This document shows, piece by piece, positions 37,783-51,543 of a stretch of DNA of 64,000 nt. Below the pieces are notes generated by a model. That model searched no databases. It was not told where the DNA came from and saw nothing but the letters and a program-made list of their open reading frames with translations. Made by a program: the position numbers and the translations under genes. Source of the stretch: Octopus sinensis (lineage: Eukaryota); NCBI RefSeq assembly GCF_006345805.1, contig NC_042999.1, forward strand, positions 31,000,001 through 31,064,000, written 5' to 3'. Every line of letters starts with the position of its first letter. Position 1 is the first letter of the stretch.

Positions 37783-38550
37783 GATCACTAAGGTGGCAAG
37801 GTTAGCACATCGGACAAAATGCTCAGTGACATTTCTTCCGTCTTTTCACTCAAATGCTATTGGGGTCGAATATACCTTTCATCCATCCCATCTGGGAATC
37901 TACAAAAGTAGCAGTTAGAACACTAAGGTTGATCTTATGAAGTGGCTGTCCCCTCACCACAAAATCTCAGGCTTTGTGCATATAGTAGAAAAGATTATTG
38001 TTGTTGCTGTTAAGGCTGTTGTTATTATTATCATGTAAAGGGCATAGATATTCTATTATGCTGGAGCCTCCCGGCCATCCTAAAACTGAATGGATTCCAT
38101 TATAAGCCTTTGGTGTTGTAGCTGGTGTAGTAAGCATTACATACCTATTTATACATACATACATCAATTCTTCAAGTTAGCAAAAGTTCTTTGTGTCTCT
38201 GCAGATGACTCTCATTTAGTGACAGCGATGTTTCCTTAATCTCATTCTTTACCAAAGTATTAAGAACCAAGTCTCCACTGTTGCTCTTAATCTCACCTCT
38301 AAATTCCTGTTGCATCTCTAATCAGTCACAGTGTTATCCTTACACACACACACACATACATACATACACATGTATGCACATATATACATGCTTGTGTATC
38401 TAATGCTGTATTTACTGACATATGTATTCATATACACCGATATATCAGACAGAGCTACATTTTAATACCACCTTTCCCAGGTAAACTATATATCTTATTT
38501 CACATTATACATGCTTACTGCTGTGTGATTGTGCATGTTTAATGTATATC

Positions 38551-38601
<51 letters not shown>

Positions 38602-41004
38602 AAGATTCATATTTATATACATACATATATATACATACATTCATACATACATAATATATATATGTATGTATGTATATATAAAACTGTTTGTGTCTATATA
38701 ATTTTGTGTTTTACTACAAAATTTTACTTCATGATTTTGAAATACTTTAAAATCTAACATATTCCATGTAAGTGTCCTGTGTTAGAATAATTTAAGATGT
38801 GTTTCTATGTTCGAGAATTGCATTTGAGTATGGATGCCAACCTGTTGATCTGTTCATGTGATTTGTGGTTGTTGTTTTTATTGTTGCCTTAACAACTGTT
38901 GTTACTGTTATTTTCTTTTTGTTTTTCTTTATATAATTCTTCCCATATAGCAAAATGTTGCTACATCAATATAAATATCTTTGATACAGAGTCAAATGTC
39001 ATATTGCTGAGTTCTGAAAAATCTATGGATTAAGGGCTTACAATGTTAAATTCCCTACTGTTCAGTACACTGTATTTTAAGTATTGTTGGAATGACAGGA
39101 ATGACGTTGCCTCACTCCCATGATAAATTCCAGAATCTTGTGATTGTCAGAAATAAATAAACCTGACAGTTTTTGGTTTTATTTTTATGTTTGGAAACTT
39201 CTAAGTTCTTTTTTCTCCTCCAACTTTTTTTGAAAGTGGTGTAGTAGATAAGAGTGTTGAAACAATGCCATACATATAATAAATGTTTCTGAGCTCAATG
39301 ACAACTCATGAGAATGCTGCTATATATATAAGAAATATCTCGGATGGAGATAATATTCAGATGACCTATTGGCCAGAGTAACCCCAGCACAGTCTGACAC
39401 TTAGGTATCATTGTGGATTCATTCTTTTGTAAACATTCTGACCAGTATTCCATTCAGAGAAGAGGTGTGTTATTTCATGCTACACTAAACCATTTCATTT
39501 TATTTTATTTCATTTTATAGCAGTTATTAATTTCATAGGGAAAAGATTACAGTGGGGGTGTAGTTTTTATCATTAAAACTGTAATTTTATCATTAAACTA
39601 CAAATGAATTACATAATTAAAAACACTGTCATTTTTCTTTTAGTAATTAGTAATGTTGAATATTGAAATTTGCACGGCATTATATATGTTTTATCTCCAT
39701 GATATTTGCTGGCAATGATAAGCCATTCTAGTGAAGCTTGCTTATTGATATACAATCATATTTAGTGTGTGTACAATGGTTTTAGAATATGTAGTCCATG
39801 TCTAAAAAAAGTGTTTGCAACTGGAAAAGCACCCAGTTGTAAACTCTGACTCAGAAAATCCATGCTACTCATACCAGAATGGGAAAGCCAGTCTTAAACA
39901 ACAAAATGTCAAGGATAACGCTACATGATTTCCAATAGCAAGAAATCAATTAACATTTATGAATATATTAGCTGTTGCTGGAACATTTGTTTCAGAACTT
40001 CACTTGCTAAGAGATTATTCTCAATTCTCATCTCTCCAAAAAACTAAAGCCACCAAAGACCATTCATAGTTATAAATATAATTATGTACATTATATGTGA
40101 CTTGAAACTATGCTATTGAGCTTTGTTTGAGAAGAGAATATCACCACCCACTTTATTTCCTATGTACTAAAAGCCACAAGAGACTATAACTATTGGTTTC
40201 AAATCTTGGAACAAAGCCAAAAATTTCAAAGGAGGGGCTAAGTTGATTGCCTCATCCCCATGGTTAAACTGGTACTTATTTTACCAATCCCAAAAGGTTG
40301 AAAGTTGAAGTTGACTTTGGGAGTATTGGATCTCAGAATGTATGGTTGGAAGAAATGCTACTAATCGTTTTTTCTGGCATGGGAAGAATTTTGCTAGCTC
40401 ACCACCTTATCAGAGACAATAATATTAATATGTTTATGTAATGATGTGTATTAGCCGTTACCTGAAGTGATTTTACAGAGTTTTGTTTGTCAGAAGATTA
40501 TCACTGACATTTCTTATTTTCATATACTCTTGAAAAGCAATGCTCTTAATCTTATCACTATTCTCTTTGGTAATTTGCAATTTCTAACAGAGATACTATG
40601 TTCTACATTTTGGAAGGTAGCATTGTGTTAGATGATAGAATTAATCTTAGAATATAACAACTACTTTCTTTTATCAATGACTGAAGTTTGAAAGGCAAAA
40701 CTAACTTTGGTAAGATTTGAATTTTAGAATGGCAGATGTTTCACTCTAATGTCAGTTTCTTGAAACATGCAATTCTTTTGGTGACAAAATACAATAATCA
40801 GTAACTTTTTACTGATTAACCACAATTCTGATTATTGAATACCATTAATTCTAATAGCAGCAGATGTCTATTTTATTCCCCATCACACTATCATCATCAC
40901 TGTTCACCTACCTACAACTGACTTCTCTCTCTTCTCATTTCATTATATAGTGTCACTATTCTGATCTTTGTATATATGCCTATACATGCATAAATATATA
41001 TATC

Positions 41005-41264
41005 TACTCTTTTACTCTTTTACTTGTTTCAGTCATTTGACTGCAGCCATGCTGGAGCACCGCCTTTAGTCGAGCAAATTGACCGCAGGACTTATTCTTT
41101 GGAAGCCTAGTACTTATCGGTCTATCGGTCTCTTATGCTGAACCGCAAAGTTATGAGGACATAAACACATCAGAATTGGTTGTCAAGCGATGTTGGGGGG
41201 ACAAAGACAGACACAGAAGCATATACACACACACACATACATACATACATATATATATATGTAT

Positions 41265-41297
<33 letters not shown>

Positions 41298-41466
41298 GCT
41301 TATTTACGACGGGCTTCTTTCAGTTTCTGTCTACCAAATCCCCTCACAAGGCTTGGTTGGCCTGAGGCCATAGTAAAAGACACTTGCCCAAGGTGTCAGT
41401 GGGACTGAACCCGGAACCATGTGGTTGGTAAGCAAGCTACTTACCACACAGCCAGTCCTACGCCTA
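41005..41466 (-). mobile_element. SINE S1, full length
   Basis: Reverse complement of the 29915 element. Confidence 0.9.
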
Positions 41467-41505
41467 TATATACTTAATTTAAAAGCAGCAGAAATTCAAC
41501 AAAAC

Positions 41506-41543
41506 CTGTTACTCGGAGTTTCGCATTCCCGTTCATCAGACAG
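41506..41543 (-). ncRNA. Minimal type I hammerhead-like motif (family D)
   Basis: CUGU CUGAUGA ACGGGAAUGC GAAA CUC-C-GAG UA ACAG: intact core, GUA triplet, 4 bp stem I, weak stem II. Confidence 0.6.
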
Positions 41544-41654
41544 TTTGTTAAAAAAAAAAGAAAAAAAGAAAAAAATATATATTTATATATTCTGGTAGTG
41601 AGAAATAGTTCCTGAATGCAGCAGATATTCAAAGACTAGAGAGGAATCAGGCTA

Positions 41655-42200
41655 ATATGCTCTAATGGATGTGCAGTGTAAGTGTACATGGGCAGCAACA
41701 GTGTGCTAGTGTGTTGAGAGAAAAGTTAAGCATAAGAGGAATGAGATGCAGTTTGCAAGAGAGATGACTGTGCTGGTTTGGTCATGTGATGTGGATGGAT
41801 GTCAACAGCTCCATAAAAAGTGCTGATCTCTCAAAGTGGAGGGAACATGGGGAAAAGAGAGACCCAGGAAGACAAGGGATGAAGTAAAGTACTGAAGGAT
41901 GACTTCAGGAGACTAAACTTTACAGAGAAGATAACACAGGACTGAGATATCTAACACCTTGCTGTACTCAAGAAGACCCGTCCTCCACAGCAGAAGTGTA
42001 CAAGTGCCCTGTGCCCATACCACATAAAAGAATCAATGATGCTGGTGCCATGTTTAGCATGACACTGACACTGATGTCAGTGTCATGTTAAAAGCACCCA
42101 GCACATATTGTAAAGTGGTTGATGATTAGAAGGGCATCCAGCCATAGAAGCCAAATCAAACCAAAACAGGAGCCTGGTGCAGCTCTCCTGCTTACCAGCT
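41655..42200 (+). mobile_element. Degenerate RTE LINE C-terminus and 3' UTR
   Basis: WFGHV, RPRKT.DE-like segments and downstream tail motif. Confidence 0.75.
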
Positions 42201-42559
42201 CTCCTCCTCATCACCATTATCATCTTGGCCATCTCCATTTAACTAACTGACCATCGTTTGTGTCTTTTCTCATGTTATGTTTTCATGTAGTATTTTATTC
42301 TGATCTTCATGTGTGTGCATGTGTGTTTGTAACCAAACTGAATATTTCTAAATTTGTCCAACAGCAAAAAAAAAAAAAAAAATGAAACCTATTGATGTAA
42401 ATCTCCCCCTTTCTCAAAATTCACTCCTTTCTTGCACTAACTAGGTTGTAATTGACTTCTGTATGCTTTATGGAACCTCTTTCCAGTTTTTACACATTCT
42501 CATTTCTGCCTGTTTGTCTATCTGTCTGTCTGTCTTTTTGTCTGTCTATATGTATATAG

Positions 42560-42760
42560 GGGGAGTTTGCGAAAAAAACAAAAGATGAAGACAGGTGGTG
42601 TACAAAACAAACAGATGTATTAGTATAATGCTCATGAATAGAAAAAGTTTTTTATGTTTCGAGCCTACGCTTTTCGTCAGAAATGGACACAGAAAAAAAC
42701 AAGGAGAGAAAGAAGGAGAGAAAAAAATTTGTGTAGTGGCTAACGATCTATCATGGCATA
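42560..42760 (-). mobile_element. Repeat family B copy
   Basis: Minus strand CTGACGA A AAGC GTAG GCTC GAAA CAT at ~42649-42683. Confidence 0.7.
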
Positions 42761-43213
42761 TATATGTAAATAGTATTTGTCAGGGTCACAGTTGTGGGAT
42801 GTCTAGCAAATATAATGACAATCCAGCTGAGTATAAGGATGTAAAAATACACTTAGTTGTTATAAGGGCATGCAGTGAAACCACTGGGGTTGAGTGATCC
42901 TGAGCTTCTGTCACAACAACCTTCTACAAAAAGGATGCTCTGAAACAAAACCTGCAGATTCATTTGATTAACGGTCATCTTACTTCAGCTTGTCACTAAG
43001 TAGTAATCACAGAGATTCAGAGAGTGACACTTGTGTTGTACAAGCATTTATAATAGTATTCCAGTGATATACAGATGTTTATTTATGGTAACCTCATTTG
43101 TTTTATCAGCTGAAAGCCATATAGTGAAAGAAGAGTGGTAATATGTGCAAACCTAACCAGTTTGAAGTACTCATCAAAATACCACTTTCATCTTTCATCT
43201 ATGCTTCAAACAG

Positions 43214-43313
43214 ATTGACAATAAGACTGAATGATCATCTGAGAGGTCATGAATGGAAAGTCAGAAATGCCATTGATAATGAGGAAGCACAAGGATATGA
43301 TAATCCTCCATGA
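43214..43313 (+). CDS. Candidate terminal exon LTIRLNDHLRGHEWKVRNAIDNEEAQGYDNPP*
   Basis: Acceptor catctatgcttcaaacag, phase 2, 32 open codons of charged protein-like composition. Confidence 0.35.
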
Positions 43314-44129
43314 AGATGGAGCAATCACCATATACATGTACATAACTTTACTCTGATGTTACTCACCATGCATGCAGTGTTGCCCTGAAGGCACTTTGAG
43401 CAGATGCTTGGGTGCTATATGGGTCTTGGGACCTAATTGTGCTCTATGTTAGCTGTGCATTGCTGTCAATAAGTAAATATTACAGGGTACAGTTCATTTA
43501 ATTGTTCAGGGGCTTATAATGCGGCTAAGAGGCTTTGCATGTATGATCATTAAGTGAAATAATTTTGCCACTTGGAAGATCATATGATTTGATAAACGTT
43601 TTGCAGTATCAGAGGGAATTACTTACTGTAAGTAAATAAATAATATCTAGCACATTTGAACAAAACTTTGCTTGTGTACTCAAACACATACATCTGCAAA
43701 CAACATTTGTCATTAATATGTCTCTTTAAAGCTCAATGCATAATCATTTATTTCAAGCTCCATATGATCCAGTACACTCCAATGCATACACCCACAAAAT
43801 GTATTTATGTGATGCAGAAGTACAGGCTGTAATAACCATAAATAAATATAATGATTAAATAACAAGTTGCTCATTTTTTGTGACATATCCTGGTATTTAC
43901 ATAACTGTTTACCTCAATGCCACTTACATAGTCATATCACTGTATGTACAGAGAGACACACACACATGACCATATATATTTTTCTTTTTGTCTTGAAGAG
44001 TATTTTGTTCTATGAATTTATTGCAGTACCTACGTTTTAAGCCTGGTATTTATTCAGTCATTTTCTTTACAAAGGTGTAAACAGAATGAGCGCTGTAGAC
44101 AAACACACATTCAGATATACACATATATA

Positions 44130-44327
44130 CATCATCATCATCATCATCGTTTAACGTCCGCTTTCCATGCTAGCATGGGTTGGACGACTTTGACTGAGGG
44201 TTGGCGAACTAGATGGCTGCACCAGGCACCAATGTTGATCTGGCAGATTTTCTACAGCTGGATGCCCTTCCTAACGCCATCCACTCCGAGAGTGTAGTGG
44301 GTGCTTTTTACATGCCATCAGCATGGG
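44130..44327 (-). mobile_element. RTE 3'-end element
   Basis: (cat)n then cgtttaacgtccgctttccatgctagcatggg...ggatgcccttcctaacgcc. Confidence 0.85.
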
Positions 44328-44513
44328 TCTGTACAATACACATGTATATATATTCAACAGGCTTCTTTTAGTTATTGTCCATAAAATCTAGTCACAAAGA
44401 TTTCCTCAGCATGAGAATAAAGTTGAAGATACATGCCTAAGATTTCAAGCAATTCAACTAAAACTGGAACCCTGTGGTTAGGAATCAAAGATCGTACCAC
44501 ACAACTATGAGTG

Positions 44514-44545
<32 letters not shown>

Positions 44546-44928
44546 TATATTGAAACAATCATAATGTTGATTTCTCCTTTCCTCACTTAGATTATTTTAA
44601 ACATCAATTTGATATATATTATTGATGATATATATATGAAATTAATGATAATAATAATAACTAGCTGGACATATGAAAACTTCATGGAAAACATAGAAAT
44701 GTAAGCAACTGTAAATTACGTACTAGTGCCGTGAGAAACGTGTCAATGCTGTTAGACAGAATATAGAAATATGTATAAAACCGATAACTATATAATCCAA
44801 CCTAAATATCTCAGTTGGGCAAACATAAACAGGATTACTATTTACCCTTAAAATACATTGTACATATTCAAAGTACCATTTTAGTTTGGTGGTACGGAAT
44901 GTGCTGCTGATATTCTTTTATTATATTA

Positions 44929-45159
44929 TTCTTTACTTGTTTCAATCATTCAACTGAGGCCATGATAGGGTACCACCTTTTAGTCGAAGAAATCGACCCC
45001 TGGACTTATTCCCTGTAAACTTGGTGCTAATTCTAACGCTCTCTTCTGCCAAACTGCTAAGGTTCAGTGATGCAAACACACCCAAATTTGTTGTCAAGCA
45101 ACAGTAGTGGGGTGACAAGCACACACTTAAATATACACATACCTCTATCTATCTATCTG

Positions 45160-45239
<80 letters not shown>

Positions 45240-45268
45240 ATCTATCTATCTATATATATATCTATCTA

Positions 45269-45315
<47 letters not shown>

Positions 45316-45391
45316 GACAGGTTTCTTTCAGTTTCCACTTACCAAATCCACTGACAAGGCTTTGGTCGGCCCAAGGCTATAGTAGAAGACA
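44929..45391 (-). mobile_element. SINE S1 lacking head, with expanded internal (TATC)n(TA)n
   Basis: Tail and body match S1. Confidence 0.8.
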
Positions 45392-47002
45392 TTCTTTAAA
45401 TTATAGAGCTGAGTTTCGTGTAGCCACCTGTTGGTTACTTTTCTCCCCACCAATTTGGTAGTTGGTATTACCCATTTTTCTGGTCTCTTTTCACAGCTAT
45501 ACCTCATTAAAATTTGCATTAGTTATTGTATGCAAAAAAGGAAGGGAGGGCTGCTTGTTTGTAGTTTGTAGAGAAAAAGTTTAACATGCCTGAAAAGGAA
45601 AAAAAAAACATGGTCTTTTCCTCCCAAGTAAAAGACATGGAGAACTATCAAATAAGGCGAATAAGGGGGAAACAATTGAGAACCAACATTCGATCTATCT
45701 AGAACTTCGAATGATTTTCATCTGAAAGACTTTCCCTTTATTCAATACTAAATCTCTTTTCCCTCTTCTTCATTGTTAAAAGTAAAGAAGCTAGAAAAGA
45801 TCGATTGTATTTCAGTCTGTTATTGTAAATGACCGATGCTTTCGTTTCTCTGTCTCTATTGCTTCAGACTGAAGGTGCATGGCTTAGTGGTTTGGGGTAT
45901 TCAGCCCATGGTTGTAAGGTCATGAGCATGATTCCCGGCAGTGCGCTATGGCCTTGAGCAAGGTACTCTACTTCACCTTGTTGCAGTCCACTCACCAGGG
46001 AAAATGAGTGTCTCTTTTCGGTGTTTAGCCTCCTGATCTGTGAGACCAACAAATGCTGCTGTTAGGACTGGATTAGTGATCCTAGCGGCTAAAAGAGGGT
46101 TCCTGCCCCTATATAAAATCTTTCTTCATTTTCTTCCAGCCACTTCAATGTTTAACTTGCTCCAGTCTACTCAGCTGGCCAAAATTAGGGGCCTGATTGT
46201 CACGTTCTGTGTGACGCTGAATGTCACTGAGAACTACATTAATGGTATGCATGTCTCTAGCATTCTCAGCCACTTGCGCATAAATTTTATCCTCGTGTGG
46301 TAAGGAAAAGTGAAAGTGATATCCAATATTTGCTGAAGTTATGTCTTTGATTTAACAATGTGTCTATGTATCTATGTATCTACTTTTCATTCAACCTATG
46401 TATTATTCTACTCTGAAAATACTGATAAACATTTAAGAACACAAAACGAATGCCACCTTCCTTTCAATCACCACTCACTGTCTCTCTCTCTCTTTCTTTC
46501 TCTCTCTCTCTCACTTTCTGTCTGACTTTTTCTCTGTCAATCTTCTCTCCCACTTTTAGTTTAACAATGTGTGTATGTATCTATGTATGTATCTATTTTT
46601 CTTTTGATGTGATAAACATTTAATAACAAAAAAGGAATGCTACCTTCATTTCAGTCTCCACTCACTGTCTCTCACTTTCTTTCTCTCACCCTTCCTCTCT
46701 TTCCTCCTCTCTCCTGCTTTGTCACTCACTTCAACTATGTCTCCTCTGCTTAACACCTTCTATTTCACTTTTCTTTGTATCTCACCCTTCAACCTTTTTA
46801 CTCTTCCTTTGAAGTGTGACACACACCACAAGTACGTATGTATGTAAGACGTATGTACGTACATTAAAAAAACAAATGTTATAATAATATTGATGATAAT
46901 CTAAATGGGGAAAGGAGGAATCAACATTATGATTGTTTCTGTAAAAGAACAATTTAAATTATTGACATTCTCTGATGTAGCAATTTATCTTCTCAATCAA
47001 GT

Positions 47003-47034
<32 letters not shown>

Positions 47035-48016
47035 GTGTATGTGTATATGTTTTATAACGAATATATCATAGTGTTTGAGTATCATTTAATATAAATGCAT
47101 GTGTGAATGAAATTATGTGTGCAAATGAGTATGTGCAGAATTTTATGTGTCCATGAATAAATACGGAGATGTGTACATTTTCACTGCCTCTATTTCTACA
47201 ATGTTTATACTTAAAATTTGCTTACAAACTATTTCTAACTAGTGATATTCACATATATTCATGCATCTAGTGTATAAAGAATGTTGTAAATTATTCTATT
47301 TCTGTGTTTGTAAGTCCAAATTTACATTAACTAGACCCCCAAACAGTCTCTTACATCAAAAATAATTTGTCAATTACGTTGCTAGTCAAGGGTTTATGAG
47401 TTTCGTAGGAAGTATTTCTAGAAAATTACAAGTAGTAGAATATACCAATTTATTGTACAATACTGTGTGTATATGATAATAAATAACTGCCACTTAGTGA
47501 TTCTTAAGGAATGACCATTACTATTCAGATGTTATCTGCTAAATTCATGTATTAATGAGATGCCTAATAAAGTCATTAAATTTTCTTTAACATATTAAAC
47601 AGCCCCACATATATATATGATATTGAGACATTCTACTCTGTGAAAACATTTGAATGTGAAGTATTGTGTGCATTATTTTCTTCCAAAAATCATCCCCATA
47701 TGTAGTTATGTATTCACCCTTTGTGACACATTTCTGCATACGTCAATGTTTTTCTGTTTTGTAAACACACACCTATATATAATAATGTGTCTATCTCTTG
47801 TAGTTAATACATTTCAATATATGGTATTGTTTTCTTTCTCAGTGAACACATATTCAGTGTGTTATCCTTCGCTGTATGCACATAGCCTTGTATGGTTACT
47901 ATCTGTAAACACATCTTCATATGAGGAAGTTCTTTCAGTGTCATTATCAAAACGATTAAACACATGGAATCTACTATAACTGTGTATTTAAAAGAAACTT
48001 TTAAAAATATTTTCAG

Positions 48017-48080
48017 GGAGATTTGACAGTGATATTTTGCTTATTGAGTAACCAGAAAGAAATTCTGAAGATTGAAGGAG
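48017..48080 (+). CDS. Candidate exon GDLTVIFCLLSNQKEILKIEG
   Basis: Acceptor aaaaatattttcag, donor GAG|gtgaga, open only in phase 0 to 1. Confidence 0.35.
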
Positions 48081-49076
48081 GTGAGATATTCGATCATTGT
48101 AATTATGATCATCATCATCGCTGTATTAATGTCCACTTTTCCATGCTTGCATGGGTTGGACGGAATGCTTTTGAGATAGATTTTCTACAGTCACATGGTT
48201 TTTTCTGTTGCTAGCAGTCACCTGTTTTCAAGTAAGAAAACATTTCCCCTTAACAAGACATGTTTTCACACTATATCATAATGAAGGACACCACATACAT
48301 TATGTACACACATTTACATCTGTCATGTGATGAGAAGGTAGTAAGGAGACAGTAGCAAACGCCCACACAAATGAACGTATGTGCGTATGTATTTACACAC
48401 ACATGATAGATTCCTTTCAGTTTCTGTTCACCAAAAACACTCCCAAGTCTTTGGTAAGTCCAATGATATAGAAGACACATCCTAAAGTTGCTACACAGAG
48501 GAATTGAATATGAAACTATGTGTTTGAGAAGCAAATTTCAGAATACACACTCATGCTGGCACGTACTCAAAATCAATGACACAATTATAAGGGCTTGGCT
48601 GCCACCATTATATTTTTATTTTAAGGAGTCCTATGCGTAGTCTTTCTCTCCACACATTTATAAAGCAGGTCCTTTTATAAACCCATATCAAACAATCAGT
48701 GGAATTTCTGCACGCGAGAATGTTTGGATGTAAGTATAAATAATTTTATACTTCCACTGGGAATTATGTGAGAATTTGGACACGAGATTGTTCTCATATA
48801 CATTTTCACCACCCATATTATATATAGATAAAACTATATATAGAGATATACTGACTCTTAATCCTATGTGCATGGGAAAATAAACATAGCTACATATATT
48901 TACACATGACTGCAGCAGAATTAATATATATATATATATATATATATAAGTTTAACAATTAAGGATAATCTCTTAATAGGGATCTTAACAAGAAATTATC
49001 GGTTAGCTAGCGTGAAAACCTCATAAAGAAAAGAATCCGAAAATAATTTTTTTCTTTTGAACAAATTAATTATATC

Positions 49077-49393
49077 TATATTGTATAGAGGGCATTATTA
49101 CACATAAATGCCTCACACTATAGGGACAAAGTCATTACTACAAAAATTATACTAATCATACCCAAATGCAGTTTTTCAAAGCAAGACATTTAAAAATGAA
49201 TTATGTTCTGTATCACCGTGATTTCACAACAACTTGCGTGTATGTGAAATCACGGTGATACAGAACATAATTCATTTTTAAATGTCTTGCTTTGAAAAAC
49301 TGCATTGGGTATGATTAGTATAATTTTTGGTAGTAATGACTTTGTCCCTCCTAGGTGAGGCATTTATGTGTAATAATGCCCTCTATACAATAT

Positions 49394-49394
<1 letters not shown>
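49077..49394. mobile_element. Fold-back inverted dimer of family A (~152 bp arms, 14 nt spacer)
   Basis: 49077-49228 and 49243-49394 are near-perfect reverse complements. Confidence 0.9.
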
Positions 49395-49445
<51 letters not shown>

Positions 49446-49842
49446 ATATATTATATATATATATATACATATGTATATGTGCATATACATATATATAGAT
49501 ACACACAGCATCTGGATAATGTAAGAAGAGTTGTTCTCAACACATTGTTACATGTTCAGTCCCACTGTGTTGCAACTTAGGCAACTGTATTCTATTATAG
49601 ACTTAAGTAGACCAAAGACTTGTTAATCAATTTAGTAGATCGAAACAGAAAGAAGTACATCATAAACATATATATATGCACATATAAATGTATATACATA
49701 TATACACACATCTTCATACACACCTATATATACAAATAAACATATATATATACACACATATACATATTATATACACTCACACATATATATATATACATAT
49801 ACATATATGTCTGTATGTGTGTGTAAGTGTGTATATATATAT

Positions 49843-49890
<48 letters not shown>

Positions 49891-50348
49891 TATATATACA
49901 CACACAGTATCAAGCGCAGGAGAGGCTATGTGCTGAGTAGCTTACTTACAGACTTACAGACCACATTTGTGACCAAGCACACATCCCTGCCAATGTTGCT
50001 AAATAAAGAAGATGGTTTTCATTGGACTCCTGCAGGATGAAAAAGAAACACCTATTCAGATTTGGATATCTAACAGCTGGGAATGAGTGTTTCTTTACTG
50101 CTGAAAGTAAAGAACCCTCATTTCCCATTAGCTCTTCTTTCTAGGTGAAGGTTAACTCTTATAAATTGACCTGAAATGCATTAAATTTCTGGTTACCTCA
50201 TCCGCATTCGTACCACTGGCATGATATCTGATTGCATTGCAAAATGGGGTCTGTACTCAGCAACATTGTACCCAGTCAAAACTTAATTCACAGATGGGAA
50301 CTACTTACACACTTGGCACGTTACACAGACTTACTTAAAACCTTGCAG

Positions 50349-50384
50349 TGTTGGAAGCACAGCATAGTGTAAATCGTAAACAAG
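50349..50384 (+). CDS. Candidate exon (V)LEAQHSVNRKQ
   Basis: Acceptor cttaaaaccttgcag, donor AAG|gtaaga, open only in phase 1-1, compatible with 48017-48080. Confidence 0.3.
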
Positions 50385-50524
50385 GTAAGAGTGTTTAATT
50401 GCTAACATGCATGTAGATTGTTTTGAACATTGGTAATTTCATCTCCAGATATGGCAATGGACAAGGCATATGGGACATCATCAGCAAGAACCACAATGCA
50501 TATACAGACATACACACACATATT

Positions 50525-50844
50525 GAGACCCCCTTCGGTCATGACTGACTGCGGGATTGCACCTAGAATGTTACCCTCCCAGACACAAGTCCGGGCAATA
50601 TTGTTTATGGAAGACTAGCAGTCGCCCATGCATACAAGCCTCCCATCTCTATGCCACCAGTGTTATCCAAGGGAAAGGCAACGGCAGATACAGCTTGGCA
50701 CCTGAGACGTTGCAAATCATTTCTACAGCTGCGTGAACTGGAGCTACGTGAAATAAAGTGTCTTGCTCAAGAACACAACACGCAGCCCAGTCCAGGATTT
50801 CAACTCACAACCTGACGAGTGTAAGCACGCCGCTGAGCCATGCG

Positions 50845-50846
<2 letters not shown>
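50525..50846 (-). mobile_element. tRNA-derived SINE, body S4 with tail T2
   Basis: Reverse complement: gcgcatggctcagc...gagcaagacactttatttcacgtagctccag...ggtgccaagctgtatc...gaagggggtctc. Confidence 0.8.
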
Positions 50847-50885
<39 letters not shown>

Positions 50886-50886
50886 G

Positions 50887-50972
<86 letters not shown>

Positions 50973-51049
50973 GTATATATATATATATGTATATATATAT
51001 ATGTATGTATATATATATATGTATATATATATATACATATATATATATG

Positions 51050-51097
<48 letters not shown>

Positions 51098-51099
51098 CA

Positions 51100-51297
51100 G
51101 CACGGACTTTGTCAGTGAACAGGTCGCGGATTTTAGCGACGAAAATATTTTGACAAATTAAACTTAAATGTTGAAGTGAATCGAACGGCTTTTGTGTGTT
51201 TCTTAAATGGCTTATAAACACCTTCCACGCTGCAATTGTTTTCGTTTCAGCACACGATCTCAGATCAAATTACTTGCTATTCGAGTACATCTCCGTA
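51100..51297 (+). mobile_element. Repeat family C inserted in long (TA)n, carrying HHR-like motif at 51108-51157
   Basis: Homology to 24577-24725; (TA)n on both sides. Confidence 0.75.
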
Positions 51298-51306
51298 ATA
51301 TATATG

Positions 51307-51377
<71 letters not shown>

Positions 51378-51424
51378 ATATATATATAGATATATATATG
51401 TATGTATATATATATATAGATATA

Positions 51425-51471
<47 letters not shown>

Positions 51472-51497
51472 TATATATATATATAGATATATATATG

Positions 51498-51543
<46 letters not shown>

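Noticed and set aside
38041-39404. Further exon-like frames with single stops (HRYSIMLEPPGHPKTEWIPL*AFGVVAGV; HENAAIYIRNISDGDNIQMTYWPE*PQHSLTL)
   Set aside because: Allowing one stop makes 25-35 codon frames common in random AT-rich DNA; not chained convincingly
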